From NCBI GenBank assembly GCA_963754925.1, contig CAVWHX010000004.1:832001-896000 (forward strand): DNA of 64,000 nucleotides, written 5' to 3'. The DNA comes from an uncultured delta proteobacterium (GTDB lineage Bacteria; Myxococcota; B64-G9). Each line of letters opens with the position of its first letter. Within the stretch, counting starts at the first letter, position 1. Below are positions 1-11,575 of this stretch, in pieces. The notes under the pieces are model-generated. The model had not been told where the DNA came from and searched no databases. It saw only the letters and a list, made by a program, of their open reading frames with translations. Position numbers and translations under genes: made by a program.

Positions 1-3000
1 GGGACTGGACGCGCCGCTTGGCAATCGAGCTCGGAACGCGTTGCTTAATAAGCAAAGCGGAAAGATCCAGTTCCTTAGCTTTCCAGTGATCGATAGCCGG
101 TCTGACCTCGAGCATATCGACGCGGCCAACCATCTCGTCCACCGTGCGAAATCCGAGGCTGGCCATGATCTGGCGCAGATCCTCGGCTACGAACGTGAAA
201 AAATTAACCAGGTGCTCGGGCTTGCCGGCAAACTTCCTACGCAAACTCGGGTCCTGGGTGGTGATCCCCACCGGGCAGGTATTGAGGTGGCACTTTCGCA
301 TCATGATGCACCCTAAGCTAATCAACGGCAGGGTCGAGAAACCGAACTCCTCGGCACCAAGCAACGCGGCAATGGCGACATCACGACCGGTTGACAGCTT
401 GCCGTCCACTTGCACAATGATCCGGCCACGCAAGTCGTTGCGCATCAAGACCTGATGCGTCTCGGCGAGCCCCAACTCCCACGGCACGCCGGCGTGCTTG
501 ATCGATGAGAGCGGCGACGCGCCCGTCCCGCCGTCGTAGCCGCTGATCAACACCACATCCGCCTTGGCTTTCGACACACCCGCGGCGATGGTCCCCACCC
601 CGGCCTCGGCGACCAGCTTGACGCTGACGCGCGCTTTGGGGTTGACCTTCTTGAGGTCGTAGATCAACTGCGCCAGATCCTCGATAGAGTAAATGTCATG
701 GTGCGGCGGCGGCGAGATGAGCGTAACCCCGGGCGTTGCGTGCCGCACGAACGCGATATCCGCGCTCACCTTGTTTCCGGGCAGTTGACCGCCCTCGCCG
801 GGTTTGGCGCCCTGCGCGATTTTGATCTGCAATTCATCGGCGTTGATAAGATACTCGGTGGTGACGCCAAATCGCGCCGAGGCCACCTGTTTAACCGAGG
901 AACGCAGCGAGTCGCCGTTCTCCAGGGGAACAAATCGGGCCGGGTCCTCGCCCCCCTCGCCGGTATTTGATCGGCCCCCCAGGCGGTTCATGGCGATGGC
1001 CACGGTTTCATGCGCTTCCTTCGATAGCGAACCAAAAGACATGGCGCCGGTTGCAAACCGTTTGACGATGCTTGCCGCCGGCTCGACCTGGTCGATCGAA
1101 ATCGGCGTGGCGGGTTTGAACCTAAACAGCGAGCGCAAGACCAGATTCTTCTGGGCCTGGTCGTTCATCTTTTTGGCATACTCGCGATAGGTATCGAACG
1201 AACCGCTGCGCACCGCCCGCTGCAAGGTTGCGATCACTTCGGGCGTCAGCAGGTGGCGCTCGGCGTCGCGGCGCCACTGGTACTGGCCGCCCGGATCGAG
1301 CATGGGGGTGGCGGAGAGGTCCTTGGGGAACGCCCGCTCGTGTCGCAGGCGCGCCTCATCGGCGATGACATCCAGGCCGATGCCGCCGATGGGCGACCAG
1401 GTTCCGGTAAAGTGCTTGTCAATGATCTCTTTGCCCAGTCCCAGCGCCTCGAAGATCTGCGCGCCGTGATACGACAGCATGGTCGAGATGCCCATCTTGG
1501 ACATCACCTTGAGCAGCCCTTTATCGACCGCCTTGATATAGTTGGCGTGGGCGCGCTCGACCGTAATGGCCGGCGGCAAGATTTTTTGGTGAACCATGTC
1601 GTTGAGGGTGTCGAAGGCCAAGTAGGGGTTTACGGCGCTCGCGCCGTATCCCAGCAGGAGCGCCAAGTGGTGTACCTCGCGCGGCTCGCCGGACTCGAGC
1701 AAAATGCCGACTTTGGTGCGGGTTCCTTCGCGCACGAGGTGCTGGTGCACCGCGCCGACAGCCAGAAGCGCCGGTATCGGCGCGCGGAACGCATCCACCT
1801 GGCGGTCGGAGAGAATCAGGATAAAATAGCCGGCCTTGACCGCGTCCGAGGCGCGCTGGCAGAGCTCGTTGAGGGCGAATTCGAGTCGGGCGCCGCCCAA
1901 CTCGACATGGTACAGAAGCGGCAGCGTTATGGCTCGAAAGTGACGTACCGAAAAATGCCGGATCTGTTCGAGCTCGTGGTTGGTCAATATCGGGTGCGGC
2001 AACCCGATCTGGTGGCATAGCGCCGGGTTCTCGTCGAGCATATTGCCTTCGCCGCCGACATAGATAGCCAGCGACATCACCAATTCCTCGCGGATTGAAT
2101 CAATCGCCGGATTGGTCACTTGGGCGAACATCTGCTTGAAATAATTGTACAGGAGCGTCGGCCGTTCCGAGAGCACTGCCAGGGGAGTGTCGGTGCCCAT
2201 GGAACCGACCGGCTCCTCGGCCGTCTCGGCCATGGGGCCCAGAATGTATTTGAGATCTTCATCGGTATAGCCGAAGATTTGCTGCTTTTCTACCAGCGTC
2301 GAGCGGCTGACGGCGAGTGTGGGCGGCGGCTCGTGCAATCCGGAGAGCTCAATCTTGTTTGCCAACACCCACTGCCGATACGGCCGCTGGGTGGAAATCT
2401 TCGCCTTGAGCTCGCGGTCGTCAATAATGCGGCCTTCGTGGGTATCGATAAGCAACATCTTGCCCGGCTGCAGACGACCCTTGCGCTTGATGGTTGACTC
2501 AGGAATGTCGAGCACCCCGGTTTCGGATGCCATGACCACCAATCCGTCCGTGGTGACGAGATACCGGGCCGGCCGGAGCCCGTTGCGATCGAGCAGCGCG
2601 CCCACGCTCCTGCCGTCGGTGAAAGCCACGCAGGCCGGTCCATCCCAGGGCTCCATGATGGCCGCATGGAACTCGTAAAACCCGCGCTTGTCGGGGTCAA
2701 TATCCACGTCGGCGCTCCAGGCCTCGGGAATAAGCATCATCATCGCGTGCGGCAGCGACCGGCCGCTCTGCACCAGAAACTCCAAAACATTGTCCAGGGC
2801 CGCGGAGTCGCTGCCCATCGGCTGTACAATGGGTTTGATCTTCTGGATGTCGTCTCCCCACAGGGGATTGGTCAGGAGGGTCTCGCGGGCGGCCATCCAA
2901 TTAAGGTTTCCCCGTAAGGTATTGATTTCACCGTTGTGGGCCAGGTAATGGAAGGGATGCGCCAGGTCCCAGGTCGGAAAGGTATTGGTGCTATAGCGAT

Positions 3001-3733
3001 GGTGAACCAGGGCAATGGCACTCTTCATCGCGGGATTCGTTATATCCTTATAGAAGCCTTTAATCTGTCTCGCGATCAGCATTCCCTTGTACACCACGGT
3101 GCGGGTCGAAAACGACGGAATATGAAAATAGTGAAACGCGCGGGGGATCTTCTTGCCTACCTCCGACTGCATCCGTTTGCGCACGATGTAGAGCCGCCGC
3201 TCCAGGGCATCCTGATCGAGCTTGTGCTTACCGCTGGTGACAAACACCTGCTTGATGCGCGGCTGTAAATCCTGGGCAAACTCTCCGATCACCATGGTGT
3301 CCACCGGAACGTTTCTCCAGCCCAGCAGTTGCAGGCCTTCTTCCTCGATAATCTCCTCAAGCAGACCCTCGCAGAAGTGCCGATCCACGGGGACCTGGGG
3401 CAAAAAGATCATCCCGACCCCGTACTCGCCCAGCGGCGGAAGAGAAAAACCTCTGACGCCCGCGAGTTCGCACCCTCCCGCGACGCCGACCGCGTTCTCA
3501 CATACGCTCCTGAAAAACTCGTCAGGCAGCTGAATCAAGATCCCGGCGCCGTCCCCGGTGCGCGGATCGCTGCCGACAGCCCCGCGGTGGCTGAGGTGCT
3601 CTACCACCTCCAAGCCTTTTTGAATGATGGCGTGCGATTTAGTTCCGGCGATATCCACGACAAACCCAACCCCGCAGGAGTCGTGCTCGTGGGCTGGGTC
3701 GTACAATCCTTCAGTGCAAGTCGATGCGCTCAT
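1..3733 (-). CDS. gltB: Glutamate synthase large subunit (3' end runs off the window)
   Basis: Absent from the ORF track. Manual translation from ATG 3733: [24 protein letters not shown]..., [58 protein letters not shown]. Same frame confirmed at ~3100, ~910 and ~238. Confidence 0.97.
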   Translation of the reverse strand, partial: MSASTCTEGLYDPAHEHDSCGVGFVVDIAGTKSHAIIQKGLEVVEHLSHRGAVGSDPRTGDGAGILIQLPDEFFRSVCENAVGVAGGCELAGVRGFSLPPLGEYGVGMIFLPQVPVDRHFCEGLLEEIIEEEGLQLLGWRNVPVDTMVIGEFAQDLQPRIKQVFVTSGKHKLDQDALERRLYIVRKRMQSEVGKKIPRAFHYFHIPSFSTRTVVYKGMLIARQIKGFYKDITNPAMKSAIALVHHRYSTNTFPTWDLAHPFHYLAHNGEINTLRGNLNWMAARETLLTNPLWGDDIQKIKPIVQPMGSDSAALDNVLEFLVQSGRSLPHAMMMLIPEAWSADVDIDPDKRGFYEFHAAIMEPWDGPACVAFTDGRSVGALLDRNGLRPARYLVTTDGLVVMASETGVLDIPESTIKRKGRLQPGKMLLIDTHEGRIIDDRELKAKISTQRPYRQWVLANKIELSGLHEPPPTLAVSRSTLVEKQQIFGYTDEDLKYILGPMAETAEEPVGSMGTDTPLAVLSERPTLLYNYFKQMFAQVTNPAIDSIREELVMSLAIYVGGEGNMLDENPALCHQIGLPHPILTNHELEQIRHFSVRHFRAITLPLLYHVELGGARLEFALNELCQRASDAVKAGYFILILSDRQVDAFRAPIPALLAVGAVHQHLVREGTRTKVGILLESGEPREVHHLALLLGYGASAVNPYLAFDTLNDMVHQKILPPAITVERAHANYIKAVDKGLLKVMSKMGISTMLSYHGAQIFEALGLGKEIIDKHFTGTWSPIGGIGLDVIADEARLRHERAFPKDLSATPMLDPGGQYQWRRDAERHLLTPEVIATLQRAVRSGSFDTYREYAKKMNDQAQKNLVLRSLFRFKPATPISIDQVEPAASIVKRFATGAMSFGSLSKEAHETVAIAMNRLGGRSNTGEGGEDPARFVPLENGDSLRSSVKQVASARFGVTTEYLINADELQIKIAQGAKPGEGGQLPGNKVSADIAFVRHATPGVTLISPPPHHDIYSIEDLAQLIYDLKKVNPKARVSVKLVAEAGVGTIAAGVSKAKADVVLISGYDGGTGASPLSSIKHAGVPWELGLAETHQVLMRNDLRGRIIVQVDGKLSTGRDVAIAALLGAEEFGFSTLPLISLGCIMMRKCHLNTCPVGITTQDPSLRRKFAGKPEHLVNFFTFVAEDLRQIMASLGFRTVDEMVGRVDMLEVRPAIDHWKAKELDLSALLIKQRVPSSIAKRRVQS

Positions 3734-4215
3734 GAACGTTTCCTTTGCTCCATACCTAAAAACCGGCGAAGTAGTATAAGGATAATAAGTTCGGTTGTCT
3801 ATGGAGATGTTGTCGAGGATTGATTATTTATCTAAGACATCAAGGAACGCAAGTCGCACTGGTGAAAGTCTCATGTCCATTACAGCCCATACTTTGCTGT
3901 TCTTGCCAAACAAAACATCCTTCACTAGTCGTCCAACATTTATTTATATTTTTGCTATTCAAATCACAAATAGTAGCACCAAAAACTCCGATAGCACAAA
4001 ATGGCTGTTGTAAGCGTTACTTTTACATTGTCATCGGTTTTTCATCTTCTTTCCTTCTAATCAGCTTAATCCCTTTTAACAATTTTTTCTCATTATGGCA
4101 ATATTTCACTATTCAGGGGCTCGGTATTTGAGACTCACGTTTTGGGAAAAATCGTCCGTACTATGCCAACCAAGGGGTCGTGGCGTGCAAATATGACACC
4201 ATGGCTAAAATAATA

Positions 4216-4245
4216 TTGACAAATTTATTTCCGCCACCCTAAACT
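4216..4245 (+). promoter_or_regulatory. Putative sigma70 promoter for the lipoprotein-fadL pair
   Basis: TTGACA-N18-TAAACT in an AT-rich intergenic region. Confidence 0.45.
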
Positions 4246-4423
4246 CAGCCAGTTTTGAAAACATATGCAGCTTGCATTTAAGAGACGTGGAGAGGGTAGC
4301 GCTCAAAATGTGGACGAGAGCTTATGGCATCGTTCCAGACGCGAAGCAGGGTGGATTAGTTTCTATTGCAGAGAAAAGGCTTACAAGACATACGGCCGAT
4401 CTATTAACCAAAGGAGCGGGAAT

Positions 4424-6134
4424 ATGAGAAACAAAAACGGGAAGATCATACTCAAACGTAGTTGGGAAATTGGCACTAGGGTGACGTGCGCCGTGCTGCT
4501 TGTCTTGGTATTGTTACCGTTGAGCGGGTGTACGCCGGACATTAAGAACGACTGGACGGCTACGGTGTACGGAGAAATGCTGTTTGATACGAGCGTGACA
4601 CCGGCCGTCACACCGCAACCCACCTCTTTTGCATTGGATCCAAATACCGGATTGATCGTTGTCTCACTACTAGGGATCGTGGTGCCAACCGACTGCGAAA
4701 ATCTGACCGCCGACGAAATAGCGGCAGGAATGAATGTTGCGAGATGTGAATTTTACCAATATCTAACCAGCCTCGATGGATTTCCTACTCTTCCCGGTGC
4801 TGCTGTAGCAAGGGCGCCGGTTAGCAAGGCAGTTGATCTGAGTAAGCTCATTCCGGCCAGTCCGACCTCTCCGGCCAATACAGCCATTATGAGCTTCCCG
4901 TTAGATAATCCATTAGCTGTCACAACTTACGATGTCGGCAACCCAACCGTGTCCGGAGTTGTGGCTGTATCCGAACCGCCAATGGTGACTCCACCGAGAC
5001 CATATACCAATCTTAGTCTTTATTTTCTAAACGGCTGGCAACCATATACACAATACTTAATAGCTTTTCGCGGCGGTCCGACCCTCGATGACGGACTAAT
5101 GACCATGGATAAAAACAATGTAATGGAATCTGCCGCTTATAACTTGCTAAAAAGGACTGATTCCCTGACCTGCGGAACGCCCATAGGTCCTGGCGATCAA
5201 GTGCCGGTGACCTGTCCTTATTTTACAATCGTGAATGGCCAAGAAAAGGGTCAGACTCCGGCGGAGGTAAGCTACAATTTATTTCAGCTTGAGACCATTC
5301 GCACCCAATTCATACAGCCCGCGTCTATTTTGTTATCACTTTTTGGCAAGATGTCATTAAGCGATGCCGCGACGTTTTGGCCCATACAAACACATTCAAA
5401 TCCAGTGGCGGAATTTTTACCACAGGAAAGCGCCGACCTTCTCGGAAAAACATTAGGGGACCTTTTACATACAACAGCGGTACCTGTAAACCCAATAGTA
5501 CCAACCGTAACCGAGGCTAAGGAGATTCAGATAGCTGTCAAATCTGCAGACGGTATTGGTATTGATAACAGATCGTTAGTTCCTGTACCATTTATTACAA
5601 ATTATGTAAATAAATCTATAGGAGTTCCTATCACACCCGGCTCAATTGTTCTTATTGACGCAGGTTGCCCAACAGCTAGTGGGGATATTGATGCAACATG
5701 TGGGGGTGTAATAAATCCTAATGACCCAAGAAAAATTCCGCTAATCACAGCCCGCTATTCTGGGGGTAAAATATTGCTAGACCTTATAGATACAAACGTA
5801 ACACAGTTCAATCTAAACCATGTATATGTCGTTCTCATGAGTGATTTCATTAGTGATAACAGCGGAAGAAAAATGGTACCATGCCCCACTGCAGTATTCG
5901 CCAAGTCTTCAGGGCCGCTTGTAATAAATGGTCAAAGTGCGATTCCAGAACAACTAAGTTTAACTCAGGCTCAACAGGCTGAGGCTGGTCGTCTGCAAGC
6001 TTAATGCAGTATTTGATCAAGTTGTACCGCTGACAACTGGCACCGCCTTGTTACCAGATGTGCTTGGTATCAACAGAACGAATCTTGTCTATGTTGGAAA
6101 TTTTGTATGTACTAACACTAATTATTGCAAATGA
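4424..6134 (+). CDS. Lipoprotein resembling the N-terminal region of VolA/Pla-1-type lipases; apparent +1 frameshift at ~6000
   Basis: RBS AAGGAG at 4411, ATG 4424, hydrophobic signal ending LSGC (lipobox), LTSLDGFPT motif. The ORF stops at TAA 6004, but the +1 frame continues LNAVFDQVVPLTTGTALLPDVLGINRTNLVYVGNFVCTNTNYCK to TGA 6134. Confidence 0.65.
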
Positions 6135-6170
6135 CCCTACAACTAGCTGAGCTATCCTAAAAAACGCGAG

Positions 6171-7446
6171 GTGAAATCAATGAAAACCAAATATCAGATC
6201 CCCCTTATATCAACCTTCTCATTACTGGTGTTATTACTTAGCGCGTCCACCGTAAACGCAAGTGGCTTTTTGGTCTACGATCAAGGCGCCGACGCCATGG
6301 GCAAAGCCAACGCCGTCACCGCCAGCGTCACCGATCCGAATGCAGTATTTTATAACCCGGCGGGGTTATCCTTCAGCAAAGGATATGCTCTATTTCTCGG
6401 CTCGAACCTTACCTTCTTAAGAAATATGAATTTTAAAGATGCGGATACTAATGTGACAACCCACGGAGGAGATCGATTTTTCTACGCGGGCCAAGCTTGT
6501 ATTTCCGCCCAACTTACCGATTGGCTGCATTTCGGCGTCGGTTTGTTCGCCCCCTTCGGGGGAGGGATCACGTGGCCCAACAATTGGGTGGGAAGGACGA
6601 GTATCCTTTATACGAACATAGTAGGTTTGTATATCAATCCAGTCTTTTCTTTTAAGATTACTCCCAAGCTTTCGATTGCCGCCGGCTTTCAGTTGGTCAG
6701 GGGGACGTTGGAGCTCAAACAAGGAACACCGGATGGGGTCGGCATCGCCCATTTAGGCTTTGAGGGCTGGGGCTACGGCGGAAACCTCGGCATCATGTAT
6801 CAGGCATCTAAAAAGGTGAGCCTCGGCATCGCCTATCGCAGCCGCGTCAAGGTGCCGATGAGCGGCGGCAGGGTGGATTTTCAAAATGTACCCTCAGAAT
6901 TTTAATAACAATTTCGAAGACCAGGGCGCCAGCACGAGGATAACGATGCCCGATATTATAAGCCTTGGGGTCACGTTCAAACCCATTGATGTGTTATCAA
7001 TAGGCGTCGATGTCGATTACATCGCGTGGGACACGTGGGACAAGTTGCCCATTACCTTTGCAAAGGGCACGTTGCCATCGATTGTTAACCCTAGTAACTA
7101 TCATGGCGCGGCAATCTTTCGCGTGGGTGCGGAGTACGATACCGAGATAGGCTTTTTATTCCGCGCTGGGGTAGCGTACGAGCAGTCTCCCGCGCCACGG
7201 GATATGACGGCGGCGTTGCCCGATACTAACAATGTTGATTTTACCTTTTCGGTGCGGTTGCCATCGCTCGCGGAATGGTTTGCGGGAGACCTCGGCTATA
7301 TGCTGCAATGGGGTCTGCCCACGGGCGCGGACGCCAGCGTGATGTCACCGGCCGGCAAATATTCACGTTTTGTTCATGTTTTCGCATTTTCGGGGGTCGT
7401 CCGATTTGGCGTGCCCGACGAGCTTGGGTCTGAGCCTACCGAATAG
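6171..7446 (+). CDS. fadL: FadL/OmpP1/TodX-family outer-membrane transporter; apparent +1 frameshift at ~6900
   Basis: Signal peptide followed by ASGF..DQGADAMGKANA..DPNAVFYNPAGL (FadL hatch motif). ORFs 6171..6905 and 6886..7446 join if one T is removed from GAATTTTAAT. Confidence 0.88.
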
Positions 7447-7482
7447 GGGTTATGGCAACCAACGAGGCTTCACCCATCCTAC
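7444..7482 (-). repeat. Possible degenerate GTAG-type REP between convergent genes
   Basis: Minus strand reads GTAGGATGGGTGAAGC...TAACCCCTA; imperfect hairpin, single copy. Confidence 0.25.
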
Positions 7483-7496
7483 CAACTACCAACTTG

Positions 7497-7940
7497 TTAG
7501 GATTTATCTTTTTCAGAAATTGTTCTGGTTTTTGAGAGGGTAAACCGGGAGGTCTTCTGCTTCCTATCCGATGCCTTTAGGTCTCTCTCTCCCACGAGGG
7601 TGATCTTCTTGGCTGTCGGCCGATCAATTTCCGGCAGTAGGTCGTAGGTAAGCTTAACGTTTCCAACTTCGATTTGATCTCCCGGCGACAGGCGCTGCTC
7701 GGTTACGCGCTCGCCGTTGACAAAGGTGCCGTTGGTGCTGTTGGTATCAATAATCACCCAGGTATGGCCGTCCCACTCCATTCGAGCGTGCTGACGGGAG
7801 ACGCTGCCGTCAAACGCCAGGCACAAATCGCACTCGCTCGCGCGGCCGATCTCCTTCAGCAACCCGGTCAGTGGATAACTGGTCTGTCTCTGTTCATCGA
7901 ACAAATGGAACATAAATCCCATCCCGATTGAGGCACTCAT
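7497..7940 (-). CDS. FHA domain protein
   Basis: IGR...VSRQHA...DTNSTNGTFVNG...LSPGDQIEVG FHA signature. Confidence 0.92.
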   Translation of the reverse strand: MSASIGMGFMFHLFDEQRQTSYPLTGLLKEIGRASECDLCLAFDGSVSRQHARMEWDGHTWVIIDTNSTNGTFVNGERVTEQRLSPGDQIEVGNVKLTYDLLPEIDRPTAKKITLVGERDLKASDRKQKTSRFTLSKTRTISEKDKS

Positions 7941-8037
7941 GATGATACCCCAAAGAACATTTCTGAGCCAGTAATTGTCTCGCGCGGCCGAGGCGGCGCT
8001 CGATCCATCAGCACCGTCGTAACCGAAGCTCTGAACG

Positions 8038-9007
8038 TCACGTCACGATGTTCGGTGGGTTATACACGTCCAGCAGTTCTTGAATCTTAATCGCCGCGGC
8101 GGCGCCGTCGCCGACCGCGCCGGCCACCTGATGTACCGTCTCGGAGCGCACATCACCGGCCGCAAAGATACGGGGATGCGAGGTGCGCAGGCGCCGGTCG
8201 GTTTTGACAAAGCCAGCGTTGTCAAGCTCAACCAATCCACGCACGATCTCGCTATTTGGGTTCACCCCGATAAAAACAAACACGCCGGACAGGGGCACGG
8301 TTTGCGCATCGCCGGATGTGACGCTCTTAAGAGCGTAACCCGGTGACTTCCCGCTCACCCAAAATTTCCTCGACTACCGAATTCAAAGCGTAATCGACGT
8401 TCGGGGCGGCGGCCAGACTTTCTTGCATTATCTTCTCGGCGCGCAGGTGCTCGCGCCGATGCACCAACGTGACCCGTCCCACCAGCCGAGAGAGAAACAG
8501 CGCTTCCTTGACCGCCGTATCCCCACCGCCGACAACCGCCACGTGCTTGCCCTTGAAAAAGGCCCCGTCGCAGGTGGCGCAGTAGCTTACCCCATGGCCC
8601 CGCAGCTTCTGTTCGCCGGGGACCCCCAGCTCACGATGACTGCAACCAGTAGCCAAAAGTAGAATCTTGGCGGTATAGACGTCGAGGCCGCCTCTCACAA
8701 CCACGCGATGTTCGTCAGCGGTGATCGACTCGGCCTGATCGTAGACCACCGACACCCCAAAGCTCTCCATTTGCTTGCGCATCAGTTCGGCCAAATCCGG
8801 GCCGGTTGTCGGCTCGCGCAGACCGGGATAGTTTTCGATGATATCCATGATGTTGAGCTCGCCGCCGCCGCCCAGCGGATCAAGCACCAGACATGAAAGT
8901 CGGGCACGGCCAGCGTAGATACCCGCCGTCATTCCGGCCGGTCCGCCGCCCAGGATCAGCAGGTCAAGCAGTCCTCCGGGCGCGTGGTCTCCTGTGGATG
9001 TTAACAT
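8038..9007 (-). CDS. trxB: Thioredoxin reductase; apparent +1 frameshift at ~8331
   Basis: GGGPAG, GVSYCATCDG and GGGDTA in 8327..9007; GVFVFIG and FAAGDV..QVAGAVGDG in 8038..8358. Junction CGC T CTT AAG gives GLRLKSV after removing one base. Confidence 0.93.
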
Positions 9008-9039
9008 TAATTACCACCAACACGGTTGCCGGAAGCGCC

Positions 9040-10155
9040 TTAGTTCCGACGTTGGAAAATGCCTTTGCGCTTTTTATTCACATCGTTTTTGGCGTGCGCT
9101 GCATACTCTCGCAACAGCTCCTCTTGTTGCTCGGTAAGCTTTTTAGGAAGCACCACCTTGAGATGCACAATCACATTCCCCCGGCCGTGACCGCGCAGGT
9201 GCGGAACTCCGGCGCCGCGGATAACCAATTCATCACCGGGCTGCGTCCCGGCCGGCACCTCGATGACTTTACTCCCATCCAACACTTCGATCTCGATCGA
9301 GGCGCCAAGGATAGCTTGGGTGAAGTCGATCTCATATTCGACGTGCAGATGTTGACCATCGCGGACGAAATGCTCGTCTGGCATTACGTGTAAGACAACA
9401 TACAGATCGCCCGGTGAGCCGCCGAGGGAACCTGCATCGCCCTCGCCGGAAAGCCGCATGCGCGTGCCGTCGTCGACGCCCGGAGGTATCGATAACGTGA
9501 CCGTGCGACGTTTCTCAACCTTGCCGGCCCCGCGACACGTTGGGCAGAGCTTTTCGATCACCGAACCGGCGCCGCGACAGCTCGGGCACGTGGTGGTGAG
9601 GGTGAAGAAACCCTGATTTTGCATGATCGCGCCGCTCCCATGGCAGCGCGGACAGGTCGTGCGGGAGGTTCCGGCGGCGGCCCCGGATCCATGGCACTCA
9701 TCGCATTGGGTCGGTATGTCAAGGGCTATCTCGCGCTCCGCTCCCAACACCGCCTCCTTGAGCGGAATCTCTATATCGTAGCGAAGATCCGATCCTCGCT
9801 GCGGCCCGCTCCGACGCCTCTGCCGTCCGCCGAAGCTGCCAAACCCGAACAAATCCCCAAAGATACTCCCAAAGCTTTGGAATATATCTTCGACCGACTG
9901 GAACCCCGGAGAAAACCCGGCCCCCTTCAATCCATCGGCACCGTAGCGATCGTAAATCGCGCGCTTATCCGGGTCCGAGAGAACCGAGTATGCCTCGGCA
10001 ACCTCTTTGAATTTCTCCTCGGCTTCCTTGCTGCCCTGGTTGCGGTCAGGATGGAACTCAACCGCCAACCGCCGATAGGCCTTCTTGATATCGCCGTCCG
10101 AGGCGTTTTTTGCCACCCCAAGGATTTGGTAGTAGTCGCGATTGAATTCAGCCAA
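9040..10155 (-). CDS. dnaJ: Chaperone DnaJ
   Basis: DYYQILG, HPD motif, G/F-rich linker, four CxxCxGxG repeats; probable TTG start just after the grpE stop. Confidence 0.97.
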   Translation of the reverse strand: MAEFNRDYYQILGVAKNASDGDIKKAYRRLAVEFHPDRNQGSKEAEEKFKEVAEAYSVLSDPDKRAIYDRYGADGLKGAGFSPGFQSVEDIFQSFGSIFGDLFGFGSFGGRQRRRSGPQRGSDLRYDIEIPLKEAVLGAEREIALDIPTQCDECHGSGAAAGTSRTTCPRCHGSGAIMQNQGFFTLTTTCPSCRGAGSVIEKLCPTCRGAGKVEKRRTVTLSIPPGVDDGTRMRLSGEGDAGSLGGSPGDLYVVLHVMPDEHFVRDGQHLHVEYEIDFTQAILGASIEIEVLDGSKVIEVPAGTQPGDELVIRGAGVPHLRGHGRGNVIVHLKVVLPKKLTEQQEELLREYAAHAKNDVNKKRKGIFQRRN

Positions 10156-10159
10156 TGGC

Positions 10160-10757
10160 TTATCCCTGCGATCGCACGCCAACCCGAACGCCGGCCGGCC
10201 GGATCATGCGCTCAGCAATGGTGTAACCCCGGCGGTACTCCTCAAGCACTATGCCTTCCTGAGCCTCATCCACCGGGGTGGTGGCCATCGCCTCCATGGT
10301 CTTGGGTTGAAAGCGCTCACCCTTGGTCGGAATCGGTTGAATACCAAGCTTATTGAGCTGCTCATCCAACTGTTTCCAAATAAGTTCCAACCCTTCAAAC
10401 AATGGCGACGGCGACTCCTTGCAACAATGGTCTCTTTAACCTGGTGAGGTTGTCCAGAACCTCGATAAAAGGCCCAGCCAAACGCGCCCGCTCAATCTCC
10501 AACCGCACAGAAAGCTCTCGTTCGATACGCGCCCGAGCATTGTCTAAGTCGGCCACCGAAGACTTATGGGCTTGGATGTATTCTTTTAACAGTTTCTCGT
10601 TTTCTTCCAGACGCTTCTCGAGGTCCTCGACAAACGTCGGCTTGCTGCTCGATGGCTGATCGGGCACCGTGGTGGGATCGAAATTTTCCTGAAGCCAAAA
10701 TCGCCTATCGTTTATCGTGAATCCTTGTGATTGCCCATCGTGAGTTTCGACCGCCAT
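10160..10757 (-). CDS. grpE: Nucleotide exchange factor GrpE; apparent +1 frameshift at ~10435
   Basis: Coiled-coil ...FIEVLDNL in 10395..10757; [27 protein letters not shown] in 10160..10402. Joined by removing one A from AGG TTA AAG AGA. Confidence 0.9.
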
Positions 10758-10912
10758 ACCATGTGCTCCCTACCTATTGAAGAAAACTTGAGTGATTTTA
10801 ATCACTGCTTCGCAAACGTCAAGGTATCCTGCATAGCCGAAATCATCACATAACGGTCGTGGGTTGAAGTTTGTTAATGTTCGGCAATTATTGACTAATA
10901 AAGGCGTCAAGC

Positions 10913-11455
10913 TTATTTCTCGGTAAGGACGGTAACACCTTCGACGGGGATTGCTTTTCCAGCCCAAAGAATTTCTGTGTTTTTGGCCGATTCTATAAGC
11001 AACCAGCGATCGTTCGGGCCCGCATAGAGAACCAGTCTTTGATTTTCGGCAAGCTGGAGCGGCGAGCCCTGGCGCGCATAGGTGCCCTCTTTGCGCGCGA
11101 TGGTCTCGGGAAAACCCTCCTCGCGAAGCTCGCCTTTGTTGGGAAGATAATACGCGTGGCCTAAATCCTTAGCGATGATAAGCCGCGCGTGTCCGTCTTC
11201 CCGCTCGAGGACAAATAACAACACCGCGCCCGTTGGCAGCATAATCTCTTGAGTAGCGCCGACCTGGTAGGTTCGACCCAAGACGATGGCCACATCCCCG
11301 GGTTTCATCGTTGTCGGAGAGCTTGTCTTGTCGACCGTGGCGGAACCGATGTTTCTGCGAACGCGCGCGCGCAGGATCAACGCGGCGGTAATCAATAAAC
11401 CAAAAATACCCAACACCAATAACAATAACGGTAACAGATTAGCAAAAGCTTGCAT
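10913..11455 (-). CDS. Hypothetical protein with N-terminal membrane anchor
   Basis: ATG 11455, hydrophobic LLPLLLLVLGIFGLLITAALIL segment. The upstream part of the tracked ORF overlaps aconitase and was discarded. Confidence 0.65.
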   Translation of the reverse strand: MQAFANLLPLLLLVLGIFGLLITAALILRARVRRNIGSATVDKTSSPTTMKPGDVAIVLGRTYQVGATQEIMLPTGAVLLFVLEREDGHARLIIAKDLGHAYYLPNKGELREEGFPETIARKEGTYARQGSPLQLAENQRLVLYAGPNDRWLLIESAKNTEILWAGKAIPVEGVTVLTEK

Positions 11456-11575
11456 ACGTGGTTTGTATCGTGCCGCGTCCCGTCTTTCAACCCAAATCTT
11501 GCTTTGAACCGATCGAGAGCGCAAAATAAGACGTTGGGCGTCATAACATTTCCCACAAGGGGCACGAGGGAGCGC

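Noticed and set aside
41..3823. Many + strand ORFs of 80-255 aa
   Set aside because: Antisense shadows of gltB, which the track misses because it has no stop inside the window. The same applies to most short overlapping ORFs elsewhere.
4265..4423. N-terminal extension of the lipoprotein ORF
   Set aside because: The RBS and signal peptide point to ATG 4424.
10758..10912. CIRCE element upstream of grpE-dnaJ
   Set aside because: No TTAGCACTC-N9-GAGTGCTAA match; hrcA and dnaK are not in the window.
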